This document shows, one piece after another, positions 17,441-29,809 of a DNA stretch of 64,000 nucleotides. The DNA is from the human T2T-CHM13v2.0 reference genome, Homo sapiens. Position numbers and translations under genes: made by a program. The stretch lies in NCBI RefSeq assembly GCF_009914755.1, contig NC_060932.1, one strand, 5' to 3'. Below the pieces are notes generated by a model, which saw only the letters and a program-made list of their open reading frames with translations, did no database searches and was not told where the DNA came from. The stretch's first letter is position 1, and each line of letters opens with the position of its first letter.

Positions 17441-19239
17441 AAAAAATATAAGAATGAATGAAGAGATGAGATATATATATGAAGTTTGCCATTGAACATA
17501 TCCTGACTCGGGATAGTTTTTATATACATATATATATATATGCTTAAAGAAAATACAAATTGAAAGTAACCTTTTAAAATTGGCATGGTAATGGCAACAA
17601 ATTATAATAACATAAAGGTAAAATATAAGATACACAATACATTGATGAGAATAATATGCATTCTATACATATTTCCTAGATATAAGTGAAGTCATTTTGC
17701 TGAACAGATTAACAACAGTTAAAGCCCAATACTGAGATCCAAATATTATGTTGGAAGAATAAGTTGAGCACTGCGTTGAATGCCTACTCAGAGAGAAAGA
17801 TGTTCATATCTGGCTGAACAATTGCAAATAGCTAAAGAAAACTTGAAGCCAATTCTAGGGAATATCAATCAGAAGAATGAATGAGGGCTTGAAAATTAAG
17901 CATTAAGAAAGATGTGAAATGAACTAGTGTAATTGAACTTCAAGAACAGGAGAAAGAAGCAGCACCCTCACGTAAAATTTTTTACAGTGAGACTTTAGAG
18001 CTATTTTCCAACTCCCCTATTGCCAGAGCAATAAAAATGAACAAAATACTGCAGGTGGGACTTCTGTTAGAAGCATGGATAAGTGTTTGAGGTTGAGCTA
18101 TTCAGACCTTGAACTAACTTATTAAGGACACTGTGTTTCTCTGAAAAATCCATAGGGACAGGTCTATCCTTAACGGGATAAAATGATTTAGAAGTCATGA
18201 GGGCAGGTCCAGGACAAAGACTTTGTGATCTCTCCAGTGCCCTCAACCTCTGCACTGAATAATAATGGGGGTTGGATAATAAAAGAGGTTTTTCATATTC
18301 CTTCATTATAGGTCTGCTCTGCATTCACCCACATGATCTCCTTACTTCATTTGTTAAACACCTTCTGGAGTTTGTAACTAAAGGAGAAATCATAGCATAT
18401 TTATCCAGAATATAAATGATAATGCAGGATTATCAGTTCCTACAGCATCCAATGGGGATTATTTTAGATTTGGGGTGGGGGATTATAAATTGAGAATTGA
18501 AGGAAAAATCAGAAACGGACTAAAATTGGTACCAAGGTCATGAAAAGGAATGTTTTCAAATGTTGAATATCTGTTGATTTAATCTACTGAGGACCAAGTG
18601 TCTGAGTATTAAGAAAGCTAGAGCTTTTTTGTCCTGAAATTTTCAGATATCATGGGTGGCCTTTATCATGATGAAATATAGAATTTCTACATGATAAGCT
18701 AGTTCACTTTATTTATTCCTTCAGCATTAATTGAATATGAACTGAGCCCTTATGTGCAAAGTGATAGTGGTACACTCTATGAAACAAGAACTTTCAAACA
18801 GGAAATCTTCCCCAGTGAGGTTTCTAAACTAACCTTTCTTTGATCCAATGTATCAGAGACTAGTTTAGCAAACCAAAACTATCTGTGTTTATTCTATCCT
18901 AATGTAACTAAACTCATTTATTTATAGGTTCGTTCAACCAACACATATTTATATCTCCTATAATAAATATTTGTTAGTTGAATGAACCTGTAAATAAATA
19001 AGTTTATTCACATCTATATTTACATATATTTACATCTATAAACAAATGAGCTTATTTACATCTCTTGTCTCAAAGAGCTTTTGGTTTAGTAGGACAGAAA
19101 ATCAGTACACACCAATATCTAAATCAATATCTGAAGTATCGGGTCACTTAATTTCAGTGCCTGAGACTAATATTTACTTTAGGTTGGCTCTGAACACCCA
19201 TTCCCAACCCATTTCTCCTTTGTTTTTCTAATCTATCTT

Positions 19240-19460
19240 AGAAAGTAGAAAACCAAATAATTGATTTTACAGCCACCATTGCAGTTAGGGGTGGCAATAA
19301 GACTTTTCCAAAGAGGCAGTCTTCTGAGAGAGATTCTGTAAAAGATTTTGCTTTCCAGAGTAGAGCAGGAGTAAAGTGCAGTCTTTTGTTGTCCTTCCTT
19401 TACCTTCCTTGTCTGGGATGTAACATGATACCTGGAAATGCAGCAGCCATCTTGTGTTGA
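19240..19460 (+). mobile_element. MLT1-type MaLR LTR fragment
   Basis: cagccaccattgcagttaggggtggc...atgatacctggaaatgcagcagccatcttg. Confidence 0.5.
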
Positions 19461-19580
19461 CATTGTTACATGCAGCCAAATGCATTGCTAACTGGCATAG
19501 TATTAAATCACTCCAGTACACATTAAGCTACTATAGTGATTCAAGGAGAAAAAGGAGTAACCAGCAAAGCCTTCATGGGG

Positions 19581-19982
19581 TGTCTTAGTCTGTTCGTGCT
19601 GCTATAACAGAATAGCTGAGACTGAGTAATTTGTAAGTGATAGAAACATATTTTATCATAGTTGTGCAGGCTGGGAAGTCCAAGATCAAAGCACTGGCAG
19701 GTTCAGTGCCCGGTAAAGAGCCGTTTCTTATTTATGGTACCTTGTTATTGCATCCTCACATGTGGGAAGGTGAAAGAGAAAGCGTCCTCACATGTGGGAA
19801 GGTAAAAGAGAAAGAGTGAGGCAACTCTCTGAAGCTTCTTTTATGCTGTGAATTCATTCATAAGGGCATAGGCCTCATGGCTTAATCACTTCCCAAAAGG
19901 TCTTACCTCTTAATACTGTAATATTAGGGATTATATTTCAACATGTGAATTTTAGGTGTTACACAACATTCAAACATTAGCA
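19581..19982 (-). mobile_element. MaLR solo LTR (MST/MLT1A group)
   Basis: TG...CA ends, tgtcttagtctgttcgtgctgctataacag...cattcaaacattagca. Perfect 5-bp TSD TGGGG at 19576-80 and 19983-87. Confidence 0.9.
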
Positions 19983-22019
19983 TGGGGGAAGTGGCATTTG
20001 TTTATAGAACTTGAAGACTCATTTTTTCTATTAGGCTGTAAGCTCTTTGAGAGAGGCAAATGTATGTTATTTATCTTTGTATGTGTGTGACAAAAAGTTG
20101 CAAAAGAGTTTAGCATATAGGAGGTTCTTATAAATGTTTGTTAGATAAATATAACAGACATCATGATACCCCTCCATGCACACCTCAATGCATCAAGGTT
20201 AGATTACCATCTGGGGACATGCCTTTTGCACAGCCCAAGTGGGTAAGACTTCTCCCAATTAGAGTAACATACAACTATTTTAAGGCCACCAAGCAATTGA
20301 TGAACCACATAAAATATATCAATATTTCAAATCAATATAAATTATATATTATTTTCTTCTAAGTTTTTCCAGTTTTATAGTTGTAGGAATTGGTGCACAG
20401 TGGCTCAAAATAAACAAATTGATAGGTTACTAGGAATTCAGTCAACTAATTTTGCCTTGATTTGCTCTGATATAACATGAAATATGCCTGAGCATTTATT
20501 GAGTCTCTATTGTGTTTTAGACACTGCTAGGTGCTGGGAATTTAAAGATTAATTGTCCCAACTCTTCAGGAACTCACTGTTCATTGGCAAAAGAAGCAAG
20601 TGAATAGAGAAGATATCATAGTTTCTATGGTATGAGCTTGTTCCGATATAACAAAGCCATGGAGGAGGAATTCCAGCAAAAGCTTTATAAAAGTTTGTGC
20701 CATGAACTGACAGTGAGGTCATTAAAATGGAGTTTGCAATTTAACTCACTAGTTTTTGGCAAATAAAATATCCTTCATACTTTATTAACTAATAATATCA
20801 TCCCAAATTGCCTTTTATTATGAATAATAACTTTGAATTGTTTTCTATTAACAGGACATCTGTGCCCTAAGTGGAATGGTAGAGACCATTAAAAAATTGT
20901 CTTGAAAACATACAGCTGATATTTTAGCACCGTGCATTGTAAGTACGGGTCAATCTTGGGGTCAACAGGAATTTATTTTTAGAATGTAAAAATCACCCTT
21001 ATTATAAAGGGGTCTTAGAAAACATCCAGCCCTAGGGCCTGTAGCATGGCTCCCAAGGATACGATTGAAATAAGATTCTGGTTTAGTCGTTTTAAGAAAC
21101 AATATTTTATTCAGGTGATCTATAAATAAAAAGTATACTTGCATATTTTTCTTCTTAAGTAAAATGTAAATATATTAAAATAATAAAATTGTTTATTTCA
21201 TACTCTACTGAAGGAAAGAGATGATGAGAAGAACTTAGAAGTAAATGAACTCTTCATTTGATTTTAGCCACCCCCTAATTATTCCTAAAGTGGTTCCTAC
21301 AAATAGCACAGCTCTGTTTTGAGATCCTGGGAAGCACAAGGCTCATTGCTTCAAGTCCTTTGACGTCCGTCCCCACCTCCCACTTCTTGACCAACCCCAA
21401 GTACTTTTTCATTCAACACCCCTAACAGCAAATGAGTTTCTTTTGTCTGACATCGTCTAGACGAATACTGGGGGCAGGGAGAATTCCAGATTGCTGTTTT
21501 GAGTGTGATAATTGAGGCTGTATTAACTTACTACATACCAGTTCTTACTAAAGAGTTTAAAATTGCTAATGTAAATCCACTTATTTCAATGAAACTTTAG
21601 CGCTTAGTTGTCCATTATCTAATGGTGCCTGAACATTATGAATATTTTTTAGCAGAAATAATCTCCTGTGTGGCTTGTGATGAATATCTTGCTGTTTAAG
21701 TCTGTTCTTTCACAAAGCCCTAAAAATACATGATACACTTCTGCTATTGGGGTTGACTTGAAAGAGAAAGCCTCATATTCCTGAATTTTAACTAAAATGT
21801 GGGCTTTGTTTTCACACTTCTGGCAGAGTTTTTCAGCTTCAGCAAGGATTTAATAGTATTTTTATTCACAGGGAGTACTAAGGATTCCTTGGGGCTCAAT
21901 TACGGGTGGACATAATAGATGACCTCGTAAACTTGCTGGCATTCTGAATCTACTCCTGGGAATTGTCAACTGGATAATGAAAAAATATGTTCAGGGGTTC
22001 AGATGTGATTGTTTTCTGT

Positions 22020-22602
22020 GCACACACACACATGTATGTTGCTATTTGTGTGTGTTGGGGTGTGTATGTGTAGGTGTTACTATATGCAGGTGTGTGTATT
22101 AATGTATATTGGGGTGTGTATGTGTTAGTGTATGTCAGTGTGTTGGCACATGTGTTACTGTATGTGTATTAGTGTGGGTATTAGTGTGTTAGTATATGTG
22201 TGTTGATGTGGATGTAAGTGTATGTGCTGGCGCATGTATGTTAGTATATGTATGTATATTAGTGTGTGTTGTGTGTTAGTGTATGTGTTAGTATGCATAT
22301 ATGTTAGTGTATATGTTAGTGTATGTTAGTATGTGTTGGTATATGTATGTATATTAAAGTGTGTTAGTATATATGTGTGTGTTGGTGTGTCTGTGTGCTG
22401 GTATATGCGTTGGTGTGTGTGTGTTAGTGTATATGTTGGTGTGTGTTGGTGTGTGTTTGATATATGTATGTATATTTGTGTTTGTTGATATATGTGTATT
22501 GGTGTGTCTCTGTGTTAGTGTATGTGTTGGTGTATGTGTGTGGGTATATGTATGTATATTAGTGTGTGTGTTGTGTGTGTGTTGTGTGTGTGTGTGTGTG
22601 TG
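22020..22602. repeat. Degenerate (TG)n/TGTA low-complexity tract ending in pure (TG)n
   Basis: About 580 bp of gtgtatgtgttagt-like motifs. Explains the HT/VC-repeat ORFs. Confidence 0.95.
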
Positions 22603-24439
22603 TTGCAAAAACAGGGGCCAGGATAAACTGTGAAACTTGATGGTCATGTTCTTTATTTTTATTTTTTTCATAAAAATGCCAGCTGGACATGTTCACTGAA
22701 GCTCTGGGTAAAGAAGTTGGAAGGAAAGCCATGAATTGAGAGAAAGTGGGAGCTACAGTGAAGAGAGAGAGCATGACCTAAGTAGGAAGGGAAGGGAGAG
22801 AGGAAAAAGAAAGAAACCACGGAAGGATGGAAAGGGAGAAACCTCATCTGGGCCAATTGGGGTCTGGCTTCTTCAGGGGAGCTACTTAACCATAGAGCAC
22901 GTGACGAAAAACGATTGAAAGATCAGGTTCAATCACATGGGCTGAAGTCCATCTCACCTCCAGTTCTGTCTTGCTCTGCTTTTGAGGATTGTTAATGGTC
23001 AGCCTGATGAAGGGCAGCGGGTAGAACCAGAGCGCTGAATGCTTCTGAGCTGCATGCTGGCTCCTGAGCATTGACAACATTCTCCTGCCCATGCAGCATC
23101 AGCCCCAGAAAGAGCTGAGAGAGCTGCCCTGAGGATTCATTCTGTGTGTGTTGGAGGAGTGGGGGTGGGGGTGGAGGTGATTACAGGGAACAACAGAGAA
23201 AAAGAGAAGTATAGTTTATAATTTCCCCTTACATTGAATGGCTTTGTAGCTGCTGAATTGTGCTACCTGTTTTCATACTGAGATTTATCTAAATGTATTT
23301 TAATGGCATAGGTACTAGTAAAAAATTTTAGTCAAATAATGTGTCTACATAAAAAGTCTGTAAAAAGCCTTGCCTTGCAAAATAAACTGTTAATTGCATT
23401 TAAAGATAATAAGGGTTAAAAAAATAAGGGGCATGTTTACAGGGATAAATGTTCATTGTGAACAAGAAAATGTGGTTTCAACTAAAGTAAGGTAATTAAC
23501 AACAACACAAAAACGCCAAAGGATTTGGAGAACCGAAACAAAAACAAAACGCCTCAGAAGGGTGATGCACCTTCCGACTCTCCCTTCCTCGTGCTCAGCC
23601 CCCACGTCAATCACCTCCTCTCAGCGGTCACTAACCTGGCTATTTGTCTGTTTCCACACTACTGCATCACAAAACATCATGCCCACTTGCCTGGAAAAGA
23701 TAATATCTCACACATATGGGGCCTGCCTTTGATCTCTGTGGTCGAGCTGGAGGTCAGAGGCCTGCCTTCTTCAGGCCCTTACTTCAAATGATTCCTTTCA
23801 TTTACTGAGAAACCAAACGTTAGAAGGGCAAAGGCAGAAAAAATAAAGCCGTGATTTAATAGCAATTTATGTGTTTGGCCTATTTCGGGTTGGGTTTTAT
23901 TCTCTTTGGGTCACATCTAATCCTCATTCCTCACTGTTCCCCTGTCCTCCTCCCCCATCATTTGTTTGTTCTGTGGTCTGCAGACAAATTGGCACTCCAA
24001 GGATGCTCTCCCCTGGAACCAATCTTCTGCCATTTTGTCTTTCCTAAAGATAGCATTCAGAAACTGAATTATTTGTCTCTCACTGACAACATATCTAAAT
24101 CAAAAGGCACAATTATAGAGGGGAGTCTTGTATATTTAATGTTTTAAACTGTGCATATAAGTGGCTTTCTTAAATTCACCTGACTCCTTGAGGGAATGTT
24201 CTATTTGAACACAAATAGGGAAAGAAAGTAGATACGGAGAAAGTTCGACCCAAAATTGAAGTCGAACTTAGATATGGAAAACATTTGATAATATTTTCTC
24301 TTTCCTGAATCTTTAAAATAAAAATGATAATATCTAAAGGTGCTTCAGATTTTTAAAGTCTGAATTTCAATGTAAGATAAAATGACTTATTTTACAGCTA
24401 TTTTGCAAGGTTATTAATAACCACCATAACATTGTTCTT

Positions 24440-25000
24440 CACTTGTATAATAACATGGAATGTTCATATGTGTTGAGGGTATCCATGCACCCAGCATTGT
24501 GGAGGGTGCTTAGTCTGTGTTCATTTCAATTTATCCTCCAAGAAGCCTCTTAGCTCAATATTATTCCTCTTATAGAAATGACAAACAGTTAATTAATTAG
24601 AGTTACACACAAAAAAATGTAAACCTGGTTTGATTCCCATGGAATTGACAATTCCCTGAGGGAAATTGACTAGAATGGATGAGTTTTACTAAAAGAATTC
24701 GAAAATACTGTACTAGGCTTTCACAGTGGAAGGACTGGAAAGCTCAGTCCAGTGCTGCAATGCTTTTGTCATGGTAACTCTCTGCTTTCACTGCTAATAA
24801 TGGAGGCAGCATTGATAAGAATGCCGGAGTCAAAGAGAAGTGGAATCCCAGTGTTGATCTGAGCCATATGCTATGGGTGGGATACAGAACTCTGGGCCCC
24901 AGTTTCTCGACAATGTGGATATGAAGAGAGTACTTACCTCACAGGGCTGTTCTGAGGACTAAATGAGACGACACATGTGATACTCTTAGTCTAGTGCTTT
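24440..25000. mobile_element. Two MIR fragments in opposite orientations
   Basis: Minus: tgttgagggtatccatgcacccagcattgt. Plus: ctctgggccccagtttctc...acctcacagggctgttctgaggactaaatgag. Confidence 0.6.
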
Positions 25001-25080
25001 CCATATGCCAATATGTGTGTGGGTTCTATATGATCATATATATTCTTTATACCTATAGCCCAACATTTATTTTATATTTC

Positions 25081-25272
25081 CTCTCTCCCTCTCTCTCTCT
25101 CTGTATGTATACACACATATATACATACACGCACAGATCTCTCTCTATATATAGATCCCTTTCTCTATATATATATACACACATGTATATATCTCTCTAT
25201 ATCTATATTTCTGTATATCTCAATATCTATATTTCTCTATATATCTATATGGGATAGATATAGGTATATAAA
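25081..25272. repeat. (TC)/(TA)-rich compound microsatellite
   Basis: Directly visible. Confidence 0.9.
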
Positions 25273-25732
25273 TATCGATGCTTATATGTAATAAGATAAA
25301 CTTGGAGACGGACTCTTTTGCCACTCCAGTAGATAGAACTGTTGGGTACAGGCTGGGACTCATGGAGACACAGCAGCCATGCAATATAATAATCAAGATT
25401 TTTGCGCCTCAAGAAGATAAAGGGGAAAAATTAGATTACTGACCACTATGAGTGGTTAGCTTATGAAGACTTAGAAAAGAAGCACATAGGAACAAAGTTT
25501 CTATATATTGCATTGCCTAAGTATACAAATCAAAAACAGAGAAGTCAGTTAATCCAGTCTGAGAAGGTTTATATACTCAGCAGGAGGGCAAAGGCACTGT
25601 CCTGGAGATGCTGACTGGGACACAGGAAATCCACTGAGGACAAAGACATACTCAACTTTCTGTCAATAAATCAGGCAGGGGTATGGCAGTTAAGAGCCTG
25701 GACTTTGGAGCCAGGCAAGCTTGGTGTAAATA

Positions 25733-26398
25733 TAGTAGTTTCCCCTTATCTGAGGTCCAAAATGGGGGAGTAGAGTACAATAAAATATTTAGAGAGAGAG
25801 AGGGAGATCACATTCACATAACTTTTATCACTGTATATTGTTATAATTGTTCTATTTCATTATTAATGTTGCTAATATCTTACAGTGACTAATTATAAAT
25901 TAAACCTTATTATGGGCACACATATGTGTTAATTTGTTCTCACACTGATAATAAAGACATACCCGAGACTGGGTAATTTATAAAGTAAAGAAGTTTAATG
26001 GACTCACAGTTCCACTTGGCTGGGGAGGCCTCAACAATCATGGCAGAAGACAAGGGAGAAGCAAATGTGTGCCTTACATGGCAGCAGGTAAGAGAGAGCA
26101 TGTGCAGGGGAACTCTCATTTATAAAACCATCAGATATGCTGAGACTTATTCACTACCACAAGAACAGTATGGGAATGACCTGCCCTCATGATTCAATTA
26201 TCTCCCACCAGGACCCTTCCACAACACATGGGAATTATAGGAGCTACAATTCAAGATGAGATTTTGGTGGGGACACAGCCAAACCATATCAGTATGTATA
26301 AGAAAAAACAGTGTATATAGGCTTCAGTAATATCCATGGTTTTAGGCCGCTGCTGGGGGTCCTGGAACATATCTTCCATGGATAAGGGGTAACTACTG
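25733..26398 (+). mobile_element. MER44A (Tigger-family MITE), split by THE1
   Basis: TIRs tagtagtttccccttatc / gataaggggtaactactg with TA flanks. Internal cacattcacataacttttat matches recalled MER44A. Confidence 0.85.
25925..26291 (-). mobile_element. THE1 solo LTR (THE1B/C-like)
   Basis: aataaagacatacccgagactgggtaatttataaag...gtggggacacagccaaaccatatca. Confidence 0.93.
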
Positions 26399-27349
26399 TA
26401 CTAGCTCTGTCACTTACTAGATGTGGAACTATGAGCAATTTCATCAACCTCTCAGTACCTCCATTTCCCCAACAGATTCCTCAATACATCTTGAAGTGAG
26501 GATGAAATGAGTTAATATAAACGAAGCACCTGCAGCACTGCCTGGCACAAGACCAGCACTCAATGGTCATTTGCTGTATAGAGATCAGATACTAGACAGG
26601 GTCCTTTGAGTGGATTCATCTCAGTGTCTAGAGAAGAGTATGCTTTTCAAAGCTTTCTCTCCAGGCTGTCAGAATCTACTGTACACTATATTAACAAGAA
26701 AAGCCCAGAATTGGGAGGGGGCTACATGAGCTTTCCAGAGTTTTCTAGTGTCTGACTTACTCGTTGCTGGGTTCTGAGATGGGTAATCACTCCTTGTGCC
26801 AGCCAGGGTCCCATTTGCTGCTTCTGCTCAGACCAGAGTCTCCTGAGTAAAAACCTAGGAATGAATCATCTAGGAATGGCCTAAAATCTGAGGATGAAAG
26901 AGTCCGGGGAATTGTCCGACTAAGGGTGTGGTAGGATTACAGATGTTCAGGAAGCAGAGTTGATTGGGAGTCAATGTCTGTTTTTTATTGGAATATTCCA
27001 TGAAGGTTTAAGATTTAGAAGAATTTTGAAGGATGAATGGCAACTCAAGGCTAATATAAAGACAGAAAATGAGTTTCAGTCACAAGATGACCACTGAGCA
27101 AGGAAAACAAAGAATACCATTTGTTAGCACTGTACAAGGTTTACAGGTTCGTGTCGCAGTAGCTATATTCAACTGGCAGATTTGTGGTTGAAAAGCCTTT
27201 ATGAGTATAGAGTTTTGGGTTAACTTCTCCCTTCATCTTGAAAGGAGTGACTCCCATGTGTTAACACCTTGGAGGAGTGGGTAATTACAAGAATAGCCTC
27301 AGTTTCTCCTAGAATTAGAGGGAAGAAGTAACTACAAAGGAGATGTAGA

Positions 27350-27639
27350 CAGAAGCTCCTTGACTTATGAAGGAGTGACATCCCAAGAAACTCATTTGAA
27401 AATAAGATGAATCAAATGCATTTCGTGCTGGCAACACAGCAGACAGTTATTGATGTACAATGGTTGACTTTTGATTTTTCAACTTTATGATGGTGTAGAA
27501 AGCAATATACATTCAGCAGAGACTGTAACCCCATCACATGTTGTAAGAAACTCCTTGACTTAAGATGGGGTTAAAGTTCTGATAAGCTCATCAGAAAGTG
27601 GAAAAATAAGTCAAACCATCCTAAGTCAGGAATTGGGTG
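27350..27639 (+). mobile_element. MER47-like (Tigger) DNA element
   Basis: cagaagctccttgacttatg start; internal ctccttgacttaagatggggtta; end aagtcaaaccatcctaagtc...tg followed by TA. Confidence 0.65.
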
Positions 27640-28200
27640 TATATTAGGAAAACATGTTACTTATTCATTGGAATCAGAGGAACAGTGTTGAGGCCACAGA
27701 CAGGGAAAGCAGTTCCTTTCCAGATCTTGGTTGTACCAGCTGAACTCTGTTTCTTAGGTGTGCATTCCAAAGTTGGAAATGCTGCAAAAAGGGATTAGGT
27801 TCGCAGCACCTGTGATAGCCTAAGCTCTCGCTGACCTTGGAACACAAGAAGATAAGCTTCCCGGTAAGGAATTCTTACTTTTGACTTGCTTGAATTGAGC
27901 CCAATGCTGCTTTCTCTCACTTTTCAATTACCAGTGAGCCATCTTTCTCATTTGTTTTTAAACTAACATTTCTGTGGCCTTACCCAGAACCCTGTGCGAT
28001 TCATTCAGGCTCACTAATCTCCCCACATACTAGTTTGAGGTCCTCTTTCCCACCTGCTAGTCGTTAAAACAATTACATGGTTAGGAGCTCACAAACAAAG
28101 CAATTAATAATGTACCTGGGTCATATTACCTCCCATTCCCGTATGCAGAGCAATGAATTATGTCCTTGTCTCATTTAGGAGCTGTGTCTCTGGAATAATG

Positions 28201-28202
<2 letters not shown>

Positions 28203-28245
<43 letters not shown>
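28203..28245. repeat. (CA)~21 microsatellite
   Basis: Pure CA run. Confidence 0.98.
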
Positions 28246-28247
<2 letters not shown>

Positions 28248-29138
28248 GGAAAAGGGGGTGGGGGATTTTTTTGACTTCTCTTGTCTAGACACCTAAGTCT
28301 CATAACCCCTCACCTGACAATATGCTCTTGGGCCAGTTTGTCTGACATTAACATTTACTTTTAAAATCCTGTGCTTGTTTGTTTTTTCTCCATTGTGTGT
28401 AAGTTCCTTTAGTTCATTAATTCATTATTTAGCACATACTTTCTGAGTAGCTACCATTCCTGGTGCTGGGGGTACAGCAGTAAGTAGACAAAGTTCTTGC
28501 CTTCCTGGAGCTAATGATCTCCTTCCTGGCTATGTGGTCTGGTTACATCAGTACTTTGCAAGTCAGATGAAAAGTTTTTCAAGGGTGAATAGGATACTTT
28601 TTAGTCTTTTTGGTAATAGTATGAATTATGATAGCAGTTATCGTTTGTGCCATGCTTCATAAGTTGTAAAGCGTTCTGGTCCTGCCATTTGATTTTGTTA
28701 CTCCCGGAGGCACCGTCTGCTGGGGCTGGTGTTTTGTGACAAACCACATTGTATCTTCTATTCCTCAGAATCCTCAGACTGTTCTGTGGCACTACAGACA
28801 GACAGTGTAACACTTTCAATTCACTATTTGAAGACTTTTTTAAAAACATTGCTTATAATAAAAGAAATGCTGGGATAACACGTTAAAATGTATACAGCAG
28901 AGGATAAACATCAATTCAGAAAACATGTAAAGGTAACATTTGGGGCTGGGGGAGTGGAGATGGACGTTAAGCCCCTTTGCACAAGAGGAATCATGGTATC
29001 CATGACTTCTGCATGGTGGGAGCTGCCTTTTCAGTCCGATTTCAACTTGGAAGTTTATCTTATTGCTCCCTCTTCACATTGAAGCCAGCATGGTTTAGAA
29101 CAGAAGTTTCTGGAAAGTAAAGGCATAGACTGCAGTAA

Positions 29139-29483
29139 TTTCATGCTCAGGGTTGGGGTCCAGCCTCAGCTGAGGTCCAAGGGGAGTGGGTGGACATGGG
29201 GCAGGCAGCTGGAAGAACACTCGAGAGACAGCAGGTAAATGAGACATACCTCTATTCAGCAGCTCCTTCACAGGGTCAGTGTTAGGTTTATACACTACAC
29301 AAACAATAGTGGCTGAGAGCCAGGTGGTGAGATTCTCTATGTTATGTCTACATGGTTAAGATTATAGAAGACATGGGACCATGTGCTCATGCCCCCAATC
29401 CTGCTGAGTCATCTAGGTGTTTACCTCGGCCTATGCCTGCTGCCCTATGTCTGCTTGGTGGCAGCACAGCCATTTTCCTTACA
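29139..29483 (-). mobile_element. LTR18A solo LTR (ERVL)
   Basis: Reverse strand reads TGTAAGGAAAATGGCTGTGCTGCCACCAAGCAGACATAGGGCAGCAGGCATAGGCCGAGGTAAACA..., matching recalled LTR18A. Perfect 5-bp TSD AGTAA at 29134-38 and 29484-88. Confidence 0.88.
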
Positions 29484-29809
29484 AGTAAATAAAAACAGCA
29501 CCACCAGCACAGAGTATTTTGAGGAACCTGGGCTATGGCAACAACCCTTTTTAAATATAGCTAATGAATTCATTCCATTTAGCAAACATTCACCAGGCAC
29601 CTTCCCTTTGAGGGGCTTTGTGCCAGGTGCTCTATGAGGGATGGGTCAGGGTAGTATGTATTTTAAGGAGTATAAGTGTCTTTGAATTTAAAGAGTAAAC
29701 TTGGGATATGTGTAGATACAAAATTGAGAATTATCGTGCAGTAGTTACACAGGCCCTAAAGAAGCAATAACTTCAATGTGTCCTGAAGTGACCAAGAACA
29801 GTTCATTCC

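Larger units (their letters stand above)
25682..26577 (+). mobile_element. MIR interrupted by MER44A (itself containing THE1)
   Basis: The 5' part gttaagagcctggactttggagccagg resumes at 26401 with ctagctctgtcacttactag...gatgaaatgagttaata...gcctggcac. Confidence 0.8.

Noticed and set aside
18067-18324. 85-aa minus-strand ORF
   Set aside because: No recognisable domain or exon structure, and the length is within chance expectation.
22354-22671. His/Thr- and Val/Cys-rich ORFs
   Set aside because: Translations of the TG repeat.
26016-26028. PRDM9 hotspot motif in THE1
   Set aside because: The minus strand reads CCTCCCCAGCCAA, not the hot CCTCCCTAGCCAC variant.
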